Of a stretch of 64,000 bases of DNA, positions 13,995 through 25,510 are shown piece by piece (the first letter of the stretch is position 1; each line of letters opens with the position of its first letter). This stretch comes from Eledone cirrhosa. Its lineage: Eukaryota. The notes beneath the pieces are model-generated. The model was not told where the DNA came from. It saw only the letters and a program-made list of their open reading frames with translations, and ran no database searches. The DNA lies in contig OZ024740.1 in NCBI GenBank assembly GCA_964016885.1, positions 131,998,001-132,062,000 of the forward strand, written 5' to 3'. Made by a program: the position numbers and the translations under genes.

Positions 13995-15329
13995 TTTTCT
14001 TTTTGTTGTTTTTTTTAAATTGGTATTATCATGAGTGGTTCCTTAATGTGAGCATAACGTGGCTTAAGAATGAAATTATGAATAATTGTCTCCACCCCAG
14101 GCACAAGGCCAGCAATCACCCAGTGCATTACAATAATATAATATACTTTTTGCTGAAGTTGCCTGTTATTGTTGTTGGCTATGTCGGTGGTGATGCTGGG
14201 GCTTTTTATACTGTTGGTGAGGAAGGGGTGAGCCAGCAGTGCCATAGTTGTTGTCGTTTGCTCGGTGGCCAGGTCACTAAGTCATTCTATTTATATCTTT
14301 TGCTAGCCTCTCCCTTGTCTAGTGATACCGCCACCTTCCCCTTTCTCAAGTTAACAGGGGAATAGTGGTGGTAGCAATGAAGGAGTGGTGGCGGCGGTGA
14401 TGGGATAGTGGTAGCAATGATGGTAGCGGCGGTGGCGTTGTCGTTACTGAGTTCTGTGATAAGCAGTATCTATGAGTTTGTGTCGCGTATGTTTAATATA
14501 TATTGTGTTGACATATTCCCGTAAAATTGGAATTAAGCATTTTGTTAAAACTTGAGACAATAATAATAGTAATTATAATTATGGTGCTGGGATTGGTGGT
14601 GGTGGTGGTGAAATTGCCGTTATCTGGCTGTTATATTTAGTGTGATGGGTAGGTGGTGTATCAAGTTTCTGGTGTTGGTGAAATTGCTGTTATTTGGCTG
14701 TTCTATATAGTGTAGACAGAGGGTGTTTTCTTCCATTTATAACCATTTTCTTTTTTGAATACAAAATATATAATACAAAATTGAATATTTGATCGATATA
14801 ACAATATTTGAATATTTGAGCGATATAACAATATTTATTATTATTATTATTATTATTATTACAGTTGCATTTATCTTGCTTTATGTTCATACGAGTTATC
14901 ACCAAGTCACAACCAGTGACCCCAAGAGACAACAAGGTCCGCCATGTTCAAGAAAGAACATACATACTCACACATGCATCTTTAGTGTTTAGACTTGTGA
15001 TGTATTTATATTGACAGAATCTTCCTTAGTATATGGGCAGTTCCCATTAGTACTATATTTTGTATTTCTCTTATACGCGGGTTTCCTGGGATTTGCGATA
15101 AGTAATCATAGGACCCCTTAGGTATCATTCCCAGAGCACCCACAACCACTGGTATTGTTTTAGTTCTCAATTTCCACATTTTTCCAAATTATATCTCCAG
15201 GTCCTTATAATTGCTCAATTTTTCAAATGTTTTTATAGATACATTCTTGTCTATTGGAACGGACATATCAATTAGCAGGCATACCGTCTTTTTAAAGTCC
15301 TTCAATATTAAATCAGGTCCATTTGCATA

Positions 15330-15378
<49 letters not shown>

Positions 15379-15380
<2 letters not shown>

Positions 15381-18013
15381 AGTTGCATTTATCTTGCTTT
15401 ATGTTCATACGAGTTATCACCAAGTCACAGCCAGTGACCTCAAGAGACAACAAGGTCAGCCATGTTCAAGAAAGAACATACATATTCACACATGCATCTT
15501 TAGTGTTTAGACTTGTGATGTACTTATATTGACAGAATCTTCTTTAGTATATGGGCAGTTCCCATTAGTACTATCTTTTGTATATCTCCTATACGCGGGT
15601 TTCCTGGGATTTGCGATAAATAATCATTAGACCGCTTAGGTATCATTCCCAGAGCGCCTACAGCCACTGGTATTGTTTTAGTTCTCAATTTCCACATTTT
15701 TCCAATTTCTATCTCCAGGTCTTTATACTTGCTCAATTTTTCAAATGTTTTTATAGATACATTCTTGTCTATTGGAACAGACATATCAATTAGCAGGCAT
15801 ACCCTCTTTTTAAAGTCCTTCAATATTATATCAGGTCTATTTGCATCTATTTTTCGGTCTGTTTGGATGCTAAAGTTCCACAAGATTGAGATGTGATCTT
15901 TTTCAAGTATGGGAGGTGGTTGATGCTCCCACCAATTCTTTTGATGTGGCAGGTCAAATTGCTTACACATTATCCAATGTATGTATTGTGCAGCTCTGTC
16001 ATGCCTGTTTAGGTATTCGGTTGGAGCTATAGGACTGCACATTGAAATTATATGGTCAATGGTCTCTGGTTGTTTTTTGCATACACGGCATAATGGGCTG
16101 CATCCATTTTTTATTATGTTGGCTTGGTAATTTTTTGTTGGCAGACACTGATCTTGTGCTGATATAATCAGTCCTTCAGTCTCCGATTTCAGTCCAGAGG
16201 ATGCCAACCACTGATGGGTTAACGTTTTGTCAACATCAGGATTGTTAGCTCGCTCTGGGTATTTTCCATATAGAGGCTTTTCTTGCCATTTCTTAGCCAG
16301 TTTCTGTAGCAGTTCTTTCTTTGCAGTTACTTTTACCTGCTTTGCTTTTTCTGTGTTTTCCATTTCAGCAGTAAATGGAACTTCTGAAATGTGTAGTCCA
16401 TTACTGTATCTTTGTGCATCTTTTGTAATGGAATATGATCTTTTGATGCTTTCGTGTTTCAAAACGAGTCTGATCATCCAATCATGTGATTCCCTTAGAT
16501 ATGTAGATAATCCAATTGTTGCAGTTTTCAACGCAATGTCTAACTGGATTAACCCACATCCTCCTTCTTTCCTAGGGAGATATATTCTATCTATATCTGC
16601 CTTAGGGTGATGCATTCTGTGCATGGTTAAGAATTTTCGAATTTTTGTATCAAGCCTACGGATCTCTGTGCTTGACCAGTTGATGACATTGTAACTGTAG
16701 GTTACTACTGGTATGGCAAGCGTGTTTATGGCATCGATCCTATTCGTTGCATTCAATTCCGTTCTTAAGATTGCTCTTACTCTGCGGTAACATTCCTTCC
16801 TTATCCTTTCCTTCATTGTCGAATGCTTGATTCCGTCTCCTTCACAAACACCTAGATATTTGTAAGTTTTTTCTTGATCAAGTTCTCTTATCACGTTCCC
16901 CCGATCAAGATTAATGTCTGAACTCTTCAGCAGCTTTCCTCTGGTGAACGTTGCTTTGGCGCATTTGTCTAGTCCAAACTCCATTTTAAAGACATCACTG
17001 AACTGCTCCACAGTGGATAATAGCCCTTGCAATTGTTCATCATTTTTTGCAAATAGTTTCAGGTCATCCATGTAGAACAAGTGATTAATGGTTTTGTCAT
17101 AGACTTTATATCCATGTTTTGTTTCATTGAGCATTTTACTTAATGGTATAAATGCGATGCAGAATAAAAGCGTTGATAAAGAGTCACCTTGAAAAATTCC
17201 ACAATTAATATTAACTTCTGCAGCTTCCAGTGATTTTGTTTCACTATTCAAAAGGAGTGTCGTTTTCCATCTCTTCATACTGAATGACAAAAACCTCCTG
17301 ACAACGGGGGATATCTTGAAAATCTCTAAACATTTTTCAATCCAACTGTGTGGCAAACTATCGAATGCTTTTTTATAATCTATCCAAGCAATCGATAGAT
17401 TTTTGTGTCTATTATGACAATCTTTCCAGTATCATTTTGTTAACCAGAAGCTGAACCTTACAGCCATATGAGCCTCGTTTACACCCTTTCTGCTCAATGG
17501 GAAATAGGTCATTTGTTATCAGGTGGTCATATGTGTATTTAGTTAGGATTGATGTTAAAATGTTATACATTGTGGTCAAGCAAGTTATCGGTCTGTAATT
17601 TTTGGGATTGTTTGTCTCATCATTCTTCGGAAGCAGGAATGTAATGCCGTTAACTAGCCATGATGGTATCTTTTCTGGCTCCTTAACTATTTCATTGTAA
17701 ATTTGGGCTAACAGCTCATGAGACTCTGTGAAGGCATCTATCCAAAAGTTTTGTATTTTGTCTTTTCCTGGGTATTTCCATTTGCTGGTTTTTCTTAGAG
17801 CCAAGCGCAACTGTTCAACTGTTATATTTTCCCATATTTGTTCCTCAAGGTGAGCTGTATCTTTCATTTGTCTGTCAATCCATGGGGCATGTATGTTATG
17901 AACTTTTTCTTCGGCCCAGATCTTTTCCCAGAATTCTTGCACTTCCTCCTTGGGTGGTATTGATTTAGCAGTTATTGTTGACTTACCAATTTTTCTGTAG
18001 AAGTTTCTTTGGT
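15379..18013 (-). mobile_element. R4/Dong family A, copy 4 (5'-truncated, lacks the 67-bp deletion)
   Basis: Retains 17736-17802 (ALRKTSKWKYPGKDKIQNFWIDAF). Ends at the tail of family B. Confidence 0.93.
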
Positions 18014-21000
18014 TCTTCTTCTTCTTAATATTATTATTATTGTTATTGTTATTCCTTGAATCTCAGTCATTGATGTTGGTTAACTGGAAAGTCCTTGGAT
18101 TGAATATCAAGCCACTACCTGCAGCCTCAGATATTCAGGACGTATCGGAGGGTTCTTGCCGTTCCAAGCGAGCATGCCTTTTGAAGCGTTCCAAAAAGCG
18201 TGAAGGGGCCGATTTTCTTTAACCATCCCTGGAAACCTTTGGAGATAGTCCCCAGTGCGCCTATGACAATCGGGATCACTTTGACATCATGGCAGTTCCA
18301 AATCCTTTTCACCTCCCACTTTAGGTCCTGGTATCGGTTAATTTTCTCCCTCTCCTTCTCTTGCACTCTCGTGTCGAACGGGCAGGCCACATCCACAATC
18401 AGGCACGATCTTTTTTCTTTGTCCACAACCACCAGGTCAGGTCTATTGTGTTCCAGTTTTTTGTCCGTCTGTATCCTAAAATCCCACAGCACCTTCACCT
18501 GACTGTTCTCCATCACCGCCTCTGGCCTATGCTCATACCATTTCTCAGAATGTGGTAGATTGTTTACTTTGCACAGGTGCCAGTGGATCACCCTGCCCAT
18601 CACATCGTGTCTCCAGCCCTTATAGTGGGTCTGGGCTAGGTGTTTACACTCGGACACAATGTGGGCCACAGTCTCCTCTCTCTCTCCACAGATCCTGCAC
18701 AGTGGGCTAGCCTCCTCCTTGTAGATATGGTGCTTCAACCACTTCGTTTTGAGGGCCTGCTCCTGCGCAGCCATTAGCATTCCTTCTGTAGCCTTTTTGA
18801 GGTCTCCTCTTCTCAACCAGTTCCATGTCTGTGGATCTCTAAATTCAGTTTTCTCAAAGAAGGTACTATGAAGGGATTTTCCCTTAAGGCTGCTCTTCCT
18901 CCTTGATGTTATTTCCTCCTTGCATATCCCCTGGCCTACTGTCCCCTCCTTCAGTACAGCTCTGAGCATTGGCTCCTTACTATAGGTCACGTATTTGTAT
19001 AGGTTGTTTTTCTCCATCTGAACACAGTCCTCTATGCTGATAAGACCTCTTCCACCCTCAGATCTCCTTAGGTAGAGTCTATCGACATCACTCCTCTTGT
19101 GGAACATGTTGTAGATAGTCAATAGCTTCCTAGTCTTCCTATCCATTTCTTTTTGTTCAGCAACATTCCATCTCAGAATTCCCGCACTGTACCTAATAAT
19201 AGACACAGCTCGGGAATTTACTGCGCTTATGGCATTTCTGCTGTTCAGATGTGACTTCAATACGCTCCTTACTCTCCGAATGTATTCAGTTCTTAACAAT
19301 TCCTTCATTTTTTTGTTCGTTATGCCATCAGCCTCCAGAACGCCCAAATACTTGTATCCTTCCTCAGAGTCAATTTCCTTTATCATCTCACCTGTTGGTA
19401 TCTGGATCCCGTTACTTCTGCTCAACCTACCCCTCCTCATCACAATGACTCCACATTTACCAATACCAAACTGCATACATATATCACTGCTGAAAATACG
19501 GACAGTGTCAACAAGCACATCCAACTCCTTCTCACTTTTCCCGAAGAGCTTAAGATCGTCCATGAAGAGGAGGTGATTGATGGTAAGCTCTCCCCTTCCC
19601 AACTTGTATCCTGCTCTCACTTTTCGCAGCATAATGGTCAAGGGCATCAGGGCAAGGACAAACAACAGAGGGGACAGGCTATCTCCCTGGAAGATACCTC
19701 TCTTGATCTTCACGCTTCCCAAGGATACTCCAGTTGATGTCAACTCTGTCTCCCAGGACCCCATACTCCTGCCCAGCAACTGTCTGATGTTATCTGCCAC
19801 CCTGAAGATCTCCAGGCTTTTGGTGATCCAGGAATGAGGCACCATGTCAAATGCCTTTCTGTAGTCTATCCATCCCATGGCAAGATCAGTGTGTCTCCTC
19901 CTGCAATTCCCCATTACCATCTTATCAATAAGCAACTGGTCCTTTGTACCACGTGACTTCTTTCGGCATCCTTTCTGTTCGTCCGGTAACAAGTTGTTTG
20001 TGTGGAGGTGATGGTAGATTTCCTCAGACACAATGCTCGTCAACAGTTTCCACATTACGGGCAGACATGTGATAGGTCTATAGTTGGTAACATCATTACC
20101 CTTGCTTCGGTCTTTCATTATCAGAACTGTGGTACCTTTTGTCAACCACTCTGGCACCTCACCCGACACCAAGCAGTCATTGAACATGGCCGTCAGCTTC
20201 GGGTGGAGGGATGTTAAATGTTTAATCCAATACCCCTGCACACCATCTGGGCCTGGTGATTTCCAGTTGGTTAGTTTTTTGGCTTGCCCCTTAAGAGTTT
20301 CAACTGTGATACTCAAATCAGTCTGTTGTTGTGCCTGCTCACCGATCTCCCTCTGTACTGTCTCAATCCACCCTGCCTGGGCATTGTGTCTAACATCCTG
20401 CTCCCATATTCCTCTCCAGAATGTTTTAGCTTGTTCCGCCCCGGGGATCAAGTCGTTGCCTCTTTCTTTCCCCTCAAGCTGTCCAAACAGCATCTTCTGG
20501 TTGTTGTCGAACATGCGGTTCTGTTTATACTGACTGACTCTGTTCTCGTATCGCCTGATTTTGGCACTCTTTGCTACAATGCGTTGCTTCAATTCCTCTA
20601 TGATAATATTTAGCTTTTTACTCCTAGTTTTGTATTTTATTTCCAGTCTATTTTTAGTGCCTATGTTTTTTAGTGTCCCATTCAGTAGTGACTCAAGCTT
20701 TCCTATGTCATTACTCATTTCCCCGATTTGCCCACTCAGTCGCTTCTTCCACCACGGCTCTGCTCTTTCTTGTCTGTTGTTTCCTCTCGCTTTTATACCA
20801 AGTAGTTTCCTCACCGTATTTGCTGTTGCTTTGAGGATATTGTTGCACTGGTGAAGACTCCTCGCCTCAAGGTATGGGATGACTTTGTTTACCTTAGCTG
20901 TTGTTTCTTTTAACTTTTTCCTGTCTACAAATCTTAGGTTCATAGGTCTCCCACTATCATTGTTCAACTCATCTACCACTAAATTTAGGATGTCAACCGA

Positions 21001-21750
21001 ATCTTGTCCTAGCCCGTCAGCATTCATCTCCTCAATGGCCGTATCTCTGTTCCAGGTATTATTTATCTCAGTATTCAGATCATTGTCTGCTTCGGGTGGT
21101 TCCTCCGTTCTCAGGACCTCCTCACCTTCATTTCCCGCCGGCTCGCTTGTCTGGCATACTACACCCGCCATCTCCAAGCCATTCTCTCTGCTCAGTTCCT
21201 CCAGTTCCAGCTCGCTTATCCACCCATTAGTTCTTATTACCCGAGCCTGCCCGGCCAATTTTTGTTCATCTAATTTAAATAAACCAATCTCGTTCCAGAT
21301 GTTATGCATCCGTCTCCTGTAGCCCCTCTCCTTGGGGTTACTTTTCAGGTAGCATTGCATAACAGTTCTATTCAATTCTTTCGTCCAGTTGGTTCTGGCC
21401 CCTTTCCTTCTTCTTCCTCCAACATCAGCAGTATTTGGTTGACAGTCAGGTTCCTGCTGCTGAGCCAGGGGGCACCTGTTGGGTGAGAGTCTGTCACATG
21501 ACGTTCTAGTCTCCATTTCACCGTTATTCGAACTGTTTATGTTCGATATTTAAACACTCTTATCGAGGATTGGCGAACGTATGTTTACATAGCCATCTGT
21601 GGATCCGCCATCCCACTTGTCCCTTGTGTGGCATTATCACCACGCTGTATACGGACACACATAAACAAACAAACACACGGGCAGAAAGGGCCCCAAAAAT
21701 GAATAAGCATAAGTTTCATTGTAATGTAGTATTCGAATGTCTGACTTAGT
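18014..21750 (-). mobile_element. R4/Dong family B element including short 3' UTR and TAA/GAA tail; 5' boundary approximate
   Basis: ORF above, a ~75-bp 3' UTR, then aataacaataacaataataataat on the minus strand. Confidence 0.88.
18127..21516 (-). CDS. Intact R4/Dong-clade polyprotein (N-terminal domain, reverse transcriptase, CCHC knuckle, RLE endonuclease), family B
   Basis: Uninterrupted 1129-aa ORF with NYRPITCL, IDYRKAFD, GIFQGDSLSP, FMDDLKL, CRICGEREETVAHIVSEC, RHD and RPDLVVVD...DVACP...K..RY. Confidence 0.96.
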   Translation of the reverse strand: METRTSCDRLSPNRCPLAQQQEPDCQPNTADVGGRRRKGARTNWTKELNRTVMQCYLKSNPKERGYRRRMHNIWNEIGLFKLDEQKLAGQARVIRTNGWISELELEELSRENGLEMAGVVCQTSEPAGNEGEEVLRTEEPPEADNDLNTEINNTWNRDTAIEEMNADGLGQDSVDILNLVVDELNNDSGRPMNLRFVDRKKLKETTAKVNKVIPYLEARSLHQCNNILKATANTVRKLLGIKARGNNRQERAEPWWKKRLSGQIGEMSNDIGKLESLLNGTLKNIGTKNRLEIKYKTRSKKLNIIIEELKQRIVAKSAKIRRYENRVSQYKQNRMFDNNQKMLFGQLEGKERGNDLIPGAEQAKTFWRGIWEQDVRHNAQAGWIETVQREIGEQAQQQTDLSITVETLKGQAKKLTNWKSPGPDGVQGYWIKHLTSLHPKLTAMFNDCLVSGEVPEWLTKGTTVLIMKDRSKGNDVTNYRPITCLPVMWKLLTSIVSEEIYHHLHTNNLLPDEQKGCRKKSRGTKDQLLIDKMVMGNCRRRHTDLAMGWIDYRKAFDMVPHSWITKSLEIFRVADNIRQLLGRSMGSWETELTSTGVSLGSVKIKRGIFQGDSLSPLLFVLALMPLTIMLRKVRAGYKLGRGELTINHLLFMDDLKLFGKSEKELDVLVDTVRIFSSDICMQFGIGKCGVIVMRRGRLSRSNGIQIPTGEMIKEIDSEEGYKYLGVLEADGITNKKMKELLRTEYIRRVRSVLKSHLNSRNAISAVNSRAVSIIRYSAGILRWNVAEQKEMDRKTRKLLTIYNMFHKRSDVDRLYLRRSEGGRGLISIEDCVQMEKNNLYKYVTYSKEPMLRAVLKEGTVGQGICKEEITSRRKSSLKGKSLHSTFFEKTEFRDPQTWNWLRRGDLKKATEGMLMAAQEQALKTKWLKHHIYKEEASPLCRICGEREETVAHIVSECKHLAQTHYKGWRHDVMGRVIHWHLCKVNNLPHSEKWYEHRPEAVMENSQVKVLWDFRIQTDKKLEHNRPDLVVVDKEKRSCLIVDVACPFDTRVQEKEREKINRYQDLKWEVKRIWNCHDVKVIPIVIGALGTISKGFQGWLKKIGPFTLFGTLQKACSLGTARTLRYVLNI

Positions 21751-21881
21751 TTTTGTTTTTTAAGTTTTACTTTTTCCCCCCTCTTCTCTGTCCGTCCGCC
21801 TGCTTCTCTCTTCATTCTTATTTTCTTTACGTTTTTGGGGTTTCTTTTTTTGTTTTTGTTTTTCACTGTTTGTTTTTCTCG

Positions 21882-21917
<36 letters not shown>

Positions 21918-22116
21918 GCTGTGCTGCTTTGGTTTTGTTGTTTGTTTTTTTCTTTTTTCTTTTGAGTCTATCTATATATTTTGATGCCTTCCTCTTTGTT
22001 AGTAGTAGGAATTCTATAATGTGGAAGTGGCAGCCAGCAGAGACTGGCGGCGTTGGCGATACTGAGACAGTGGTGGTGGTGATGTCGATACCGAGGCAGT
22101 GGTGGCGGTGATGCGA

Positions 22117-22760
22117 CCGTATTACTGTAGTGATGGTGCTGTAGCGGTGGCAGCAGCAGTGAAGGAGTCAAGGGGTGGTGGCGGCGGTGATGGGATAGTG
22201 GTGGTAATGATGGCCGTAGTGAGCGGTGGCGGTGAAGGTGAAATGCTGTTGTGTTTAGTGTACACAGATGATGGGGTGGGTGGTGTATCTAGTTTCTGGT
22301 GTTGGTGAGTTTAGCTGTCCTATATAGTGTAGCCAGAGGAGAGGAGGGGGGGGGGTCTTCTTCTTCCATTTATAGCCATTTTATTTTTTTTTTGGATATA
22401 CAGTGTACAATACAAAGTTGAATATTTGAATATTTGAGCCGTATTACTGTAGTGATGGTGCTGTAGCGGTGGCAGCAGCAGTGAAGGAGTCAAGGGGTGG
22501 TGGCGGCGGTGATGGGATAGTGGTGGTAATGATGGCCGTAGTGAGCGGTGGCGGTGAAGGTGAAAATGCTGTTGTGTTTAGTGTACACAGATGATGGGGT
22601 GGGTGGTGTATCTAGTTTCTGGTGTTGGTGAGTTTAGCTGTCCTATATAGTGTAGCCAGAGGAGAGGAGGGGGGGGGGTTCTTCTTCTTCCATTTATAGC
22701 CATTTTTTTTTTTTTTGGATATACAGTGTACAATACAAAGTTGAATATTTGAATATTTGA
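22117..22760. repeat. ~322-bp tandem duplication within a segment homologous to the array spacer
   Basis: ccgtattactgtagtgatggtgctg starts at 22117 and 22439. Its distal part resembles 4110-4300. Confidence 0.88.
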
Positions 22761-22928
22761 GCCTTATAACAATATATTTTGGGTCCGAATTTTTTGGGGC
22801 TCAAGCCGGGTGCTTTACGTAGCATTTGTACTAAGAGTTGTTATTTCATAAATGATTTAAATATGTTAAAATTTCAAAACTTACGGGAGCGATTTCATGA
22901 CCTCCGTCACCTCGTGCGTCTTCTTCCC

Positions 22929-22971
<43 letters not shown>

Positions 22972-22997
22972 TATTATTATTATTATCATTATTATTA

Positions 22998-23058
<61 letters not shown>

Positions 23059-23072
23059 TATTATTATTATTA

Positions 23073-23103
<31 letters not shown>

Positions 23104-23114
23104 CATTATTATTA

Positions 23115-23152
<38 letters not shown>

Positions 23153-23200
23153 GGTGTTGTTGTTGTTGTTGTTGTTGTTGCTGTTGTCGTTATTGTCATT
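22929..23200. repeat. (ATT)n/(GTT)n microsatellite
   Basis: Directly visible. Confidence 0.98.
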
Positions 23201-23268
23201 GTAGTTGCCTTTTGTTTTGTATTCGTCCTTGTAATGTTTTGCATTTCCCCATAATGCATTCACATCCA

Positions 23269-23269
<1 letters not shown>

Positions 23270-23317
<48 letters not shown>

Positions 23318-23506
23318 GAGAGAGATAGAGAGAGAGGGAGAGAAAGAGAGAGAGAGGGTGGAGAGAGCGAGATATATAGATAGATAGATAGAAACAGCCA
23401 AACCTCTCCATTTATACAAGCAATAATGTACAATTAAGCAACGAACCATCTCACAGATTCCATACAAACACAGTCACATATACACTTACCCATATGTCGA
23501 TACGCT

Positions 23507-23545
<39 letters not shown>

Positions 23546-23566
23546 GTATCTTAATACGCACAGACG

Positions 23567-23663
<97 letters not shown>

Positions 23664-24079
23664 GTCTGTGCGTATTAAGATACATGTGAATGTAAGAATT
23701 CTGAACCTAAACGTTGCCAGTTAAAATGATAAATGGCCATATAATTTGAATTCCCAATTTGATTATCGTATGCAGATGATAACGCCATTCCTTTAATTAT
23801 TTACGGATTTTTTCTAAATTTTAATCTTTGAAAAATGTCTTCATAAACCTGTATGTTTGTTTGTTGGTAGATTTCAATTGCATATATGTTGCTTATAAAG
23901 TACACAGCAAAGTAAGACATCTTTGCTTTCAAACACGCACGCTCACACACACAAACAAACGAACAATATAGATATATATCTCATAAATGAGGACGTATTC
24001 TATTACTCATCAAAATACTTGATACTTCGTCTGGTAGAGTATGGTTATATCATAAAGATTCGGGACAAGACGGCCTTGA

Positions 24080-24113
<34 letters not shown>

Positions 24114-24114
24114 G

Positions 24115-24201
<87 letters not shown>
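23270..24201. repeat. Cluster of (TA)n and (GA)n microsatellites
   Basis: Directly visible. Explains the poly-YI ORFs. Confidence 0.95.
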
Positions 24202-24204
<3 letters not shown>

Positions 24205-24482
24205 TAAATCATGTCCTTAGAATTATTAGATAAAATATATACCATTTCCTCTCACAATTAGCATAATTAACCATATAAAAAATCAATTAGACCAAGCTAT
24301 AAGAAGAAAGGCTCTTATGAAGAAATCTCCGACAAATAACCGAAAGTGACCTCTTCGCGGTCGCCCCAATAGAGTATTTATCCAACATTTCGACAGCATG
24401 TAAAACTGACTAAATATACCATCAACCATACACAATCAGGTGTAAAATTAAACTTCGAAGAAATGTGTATATATCGTAATTA

Positions 24483-24562
24483 TATCTCTACCATGGTTTC
24501 ATCCGTATTTTTAGACATCCAATTAATAGGAATGTCTTGAGTTCGGAATTCATCAGGAGACA
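24483..24562 (-). ncRNA. Type I hammerhead ribozyme motif, long stem II, GUA cleavage triplet
   Basis: ugucuc-CUGAUGA-auuccg...cggau-GAAA-CCAUGG-UA-gagaua. Stem I is 6 bp and stem III is palindromic. Confidence 0.78.
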
Positions 24563-24959
24563 AACTCAAAATCAGACATTAAACCATGGTAGAGATATAA
24601 TTACGGTATGTACACATTTCTTCTAAGTTTAATTTTACACCTAATTCCTCTTCTCTTTAAAAAAACAAAATGGAAAGGACACTGTTCCTAATGTTAACCA
24701 ACTCATACATGGAAATACTGTGCTGCATAAGAGGCTTACCGAGTGATTATAAATTATAAAGACAGAGAGGCCAGGAGAAAATAACAAAGACATTACCATC
24801 GGTACAGATTTTGTAAAGTGGCTACGGGTCCTGATAGGACTGTGGCTTTTGGTTTGAAGTGTTGCAATGCATTCCACGAAAGTCTGACAACGCAGTTGAT
24901 GATTGTACCAGGAGGTGCAGTTCTCTCTAGGATGGTAACGGGATGAACAATGCTTATAA

Positions 24960-25110
24960 TGGTTTCTCATTTAGGCATGAGGCCAGCAATTTTGGTGGAA
25001 AGGAGGGGTCGATAAAAACGACACTAGTGCGTGACTCGTACTTTATTTCATCGACCACGTAAGGATGAAAGACAAAGTTAACCTTGGTGGGACACAGATC
25101 ATAACGGGCA
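24960..25110 (-). mobile_element. tRNA-derived SINE fragment (same family as 62668)
   Basis: ttaggcatgaggccagcaatt...atcgaccacgtaaggatgaaagacaaagttaacc. Confidence 0.7.
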
Positions 25111-25159
25111 GTACCTTTATGCTGCAAAGCATGGTGTCTGACCCTAACAAGGTTTACAA

Positions 25160-25510
25160 AGAATGGATACAAGCAAGATGAATTTTCTGGGAAACTAGGG
25201 ACCTGTAGCATTCTAGACTATAATAAGGAAGGTACTAAATTTGCGAAGCAGGCGCATCATTTTCTTTCACATGAAAGAACAATATCAACGGATATAAAAG
25301 GATGCAGATTTTCTCAGGTGACCAAAGATCACCTGGTGATCGAAACAACAGTTTGGAGGCATTCTATCAACCATCATAACAATATTTCTAAGGAGTGGGT
25401 TGGCTTTAAGAAAGCTTATGATATGGTGCCTCATTATTGGAATGTTGAATGCCTCCATATATTTGGTATTGCTGACAATATTACACTTATTTTCCTACGA
25501 ACTATGTCCA
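25160..25510 (+). pseudogene. Old R4-type RT fragment
   Basis: KGCR..TKDHLVI...FKKAYDMVPHYWNVECLHIFGIADNI aligns by eye with the family B RT. Confidence 0.75.

Larger units (their letters stand above)
1..18013 (-). repeat. Tandem array, ~5.27-kb unit (R4-type element + ~0.85 kb spacer + 5'-truncated sibling fragment); 3.4 units visible, continues past the left edge
   Basis: Identical ORFs recur at offsets 5262, 5274 and 5274 (417/5679/10953/16227). The period differs only through (ATT)n length, and few SNPs separate the units. Confidence 0.97.

Noticed and set aside
417-21486. Plus-strand ORFs over the R4 elements
   Set aside because: Antisense shadows of RT coding sequence with no protein motifs.
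21560-21580. HDV-like ribozyme in the family B 5' UTR (UCCUCG loop on the minus strand)
   Set aside because: The flanking P3 (caa/aag) does not pair and no P1 or P2 partners were found.
22779-24245. Poly-L/Y/N/YI ORFs (also at 39.7-40.3, 50.4, 53.4 and 56-59 kb)
   Set aside because: Translations of microsatellites.
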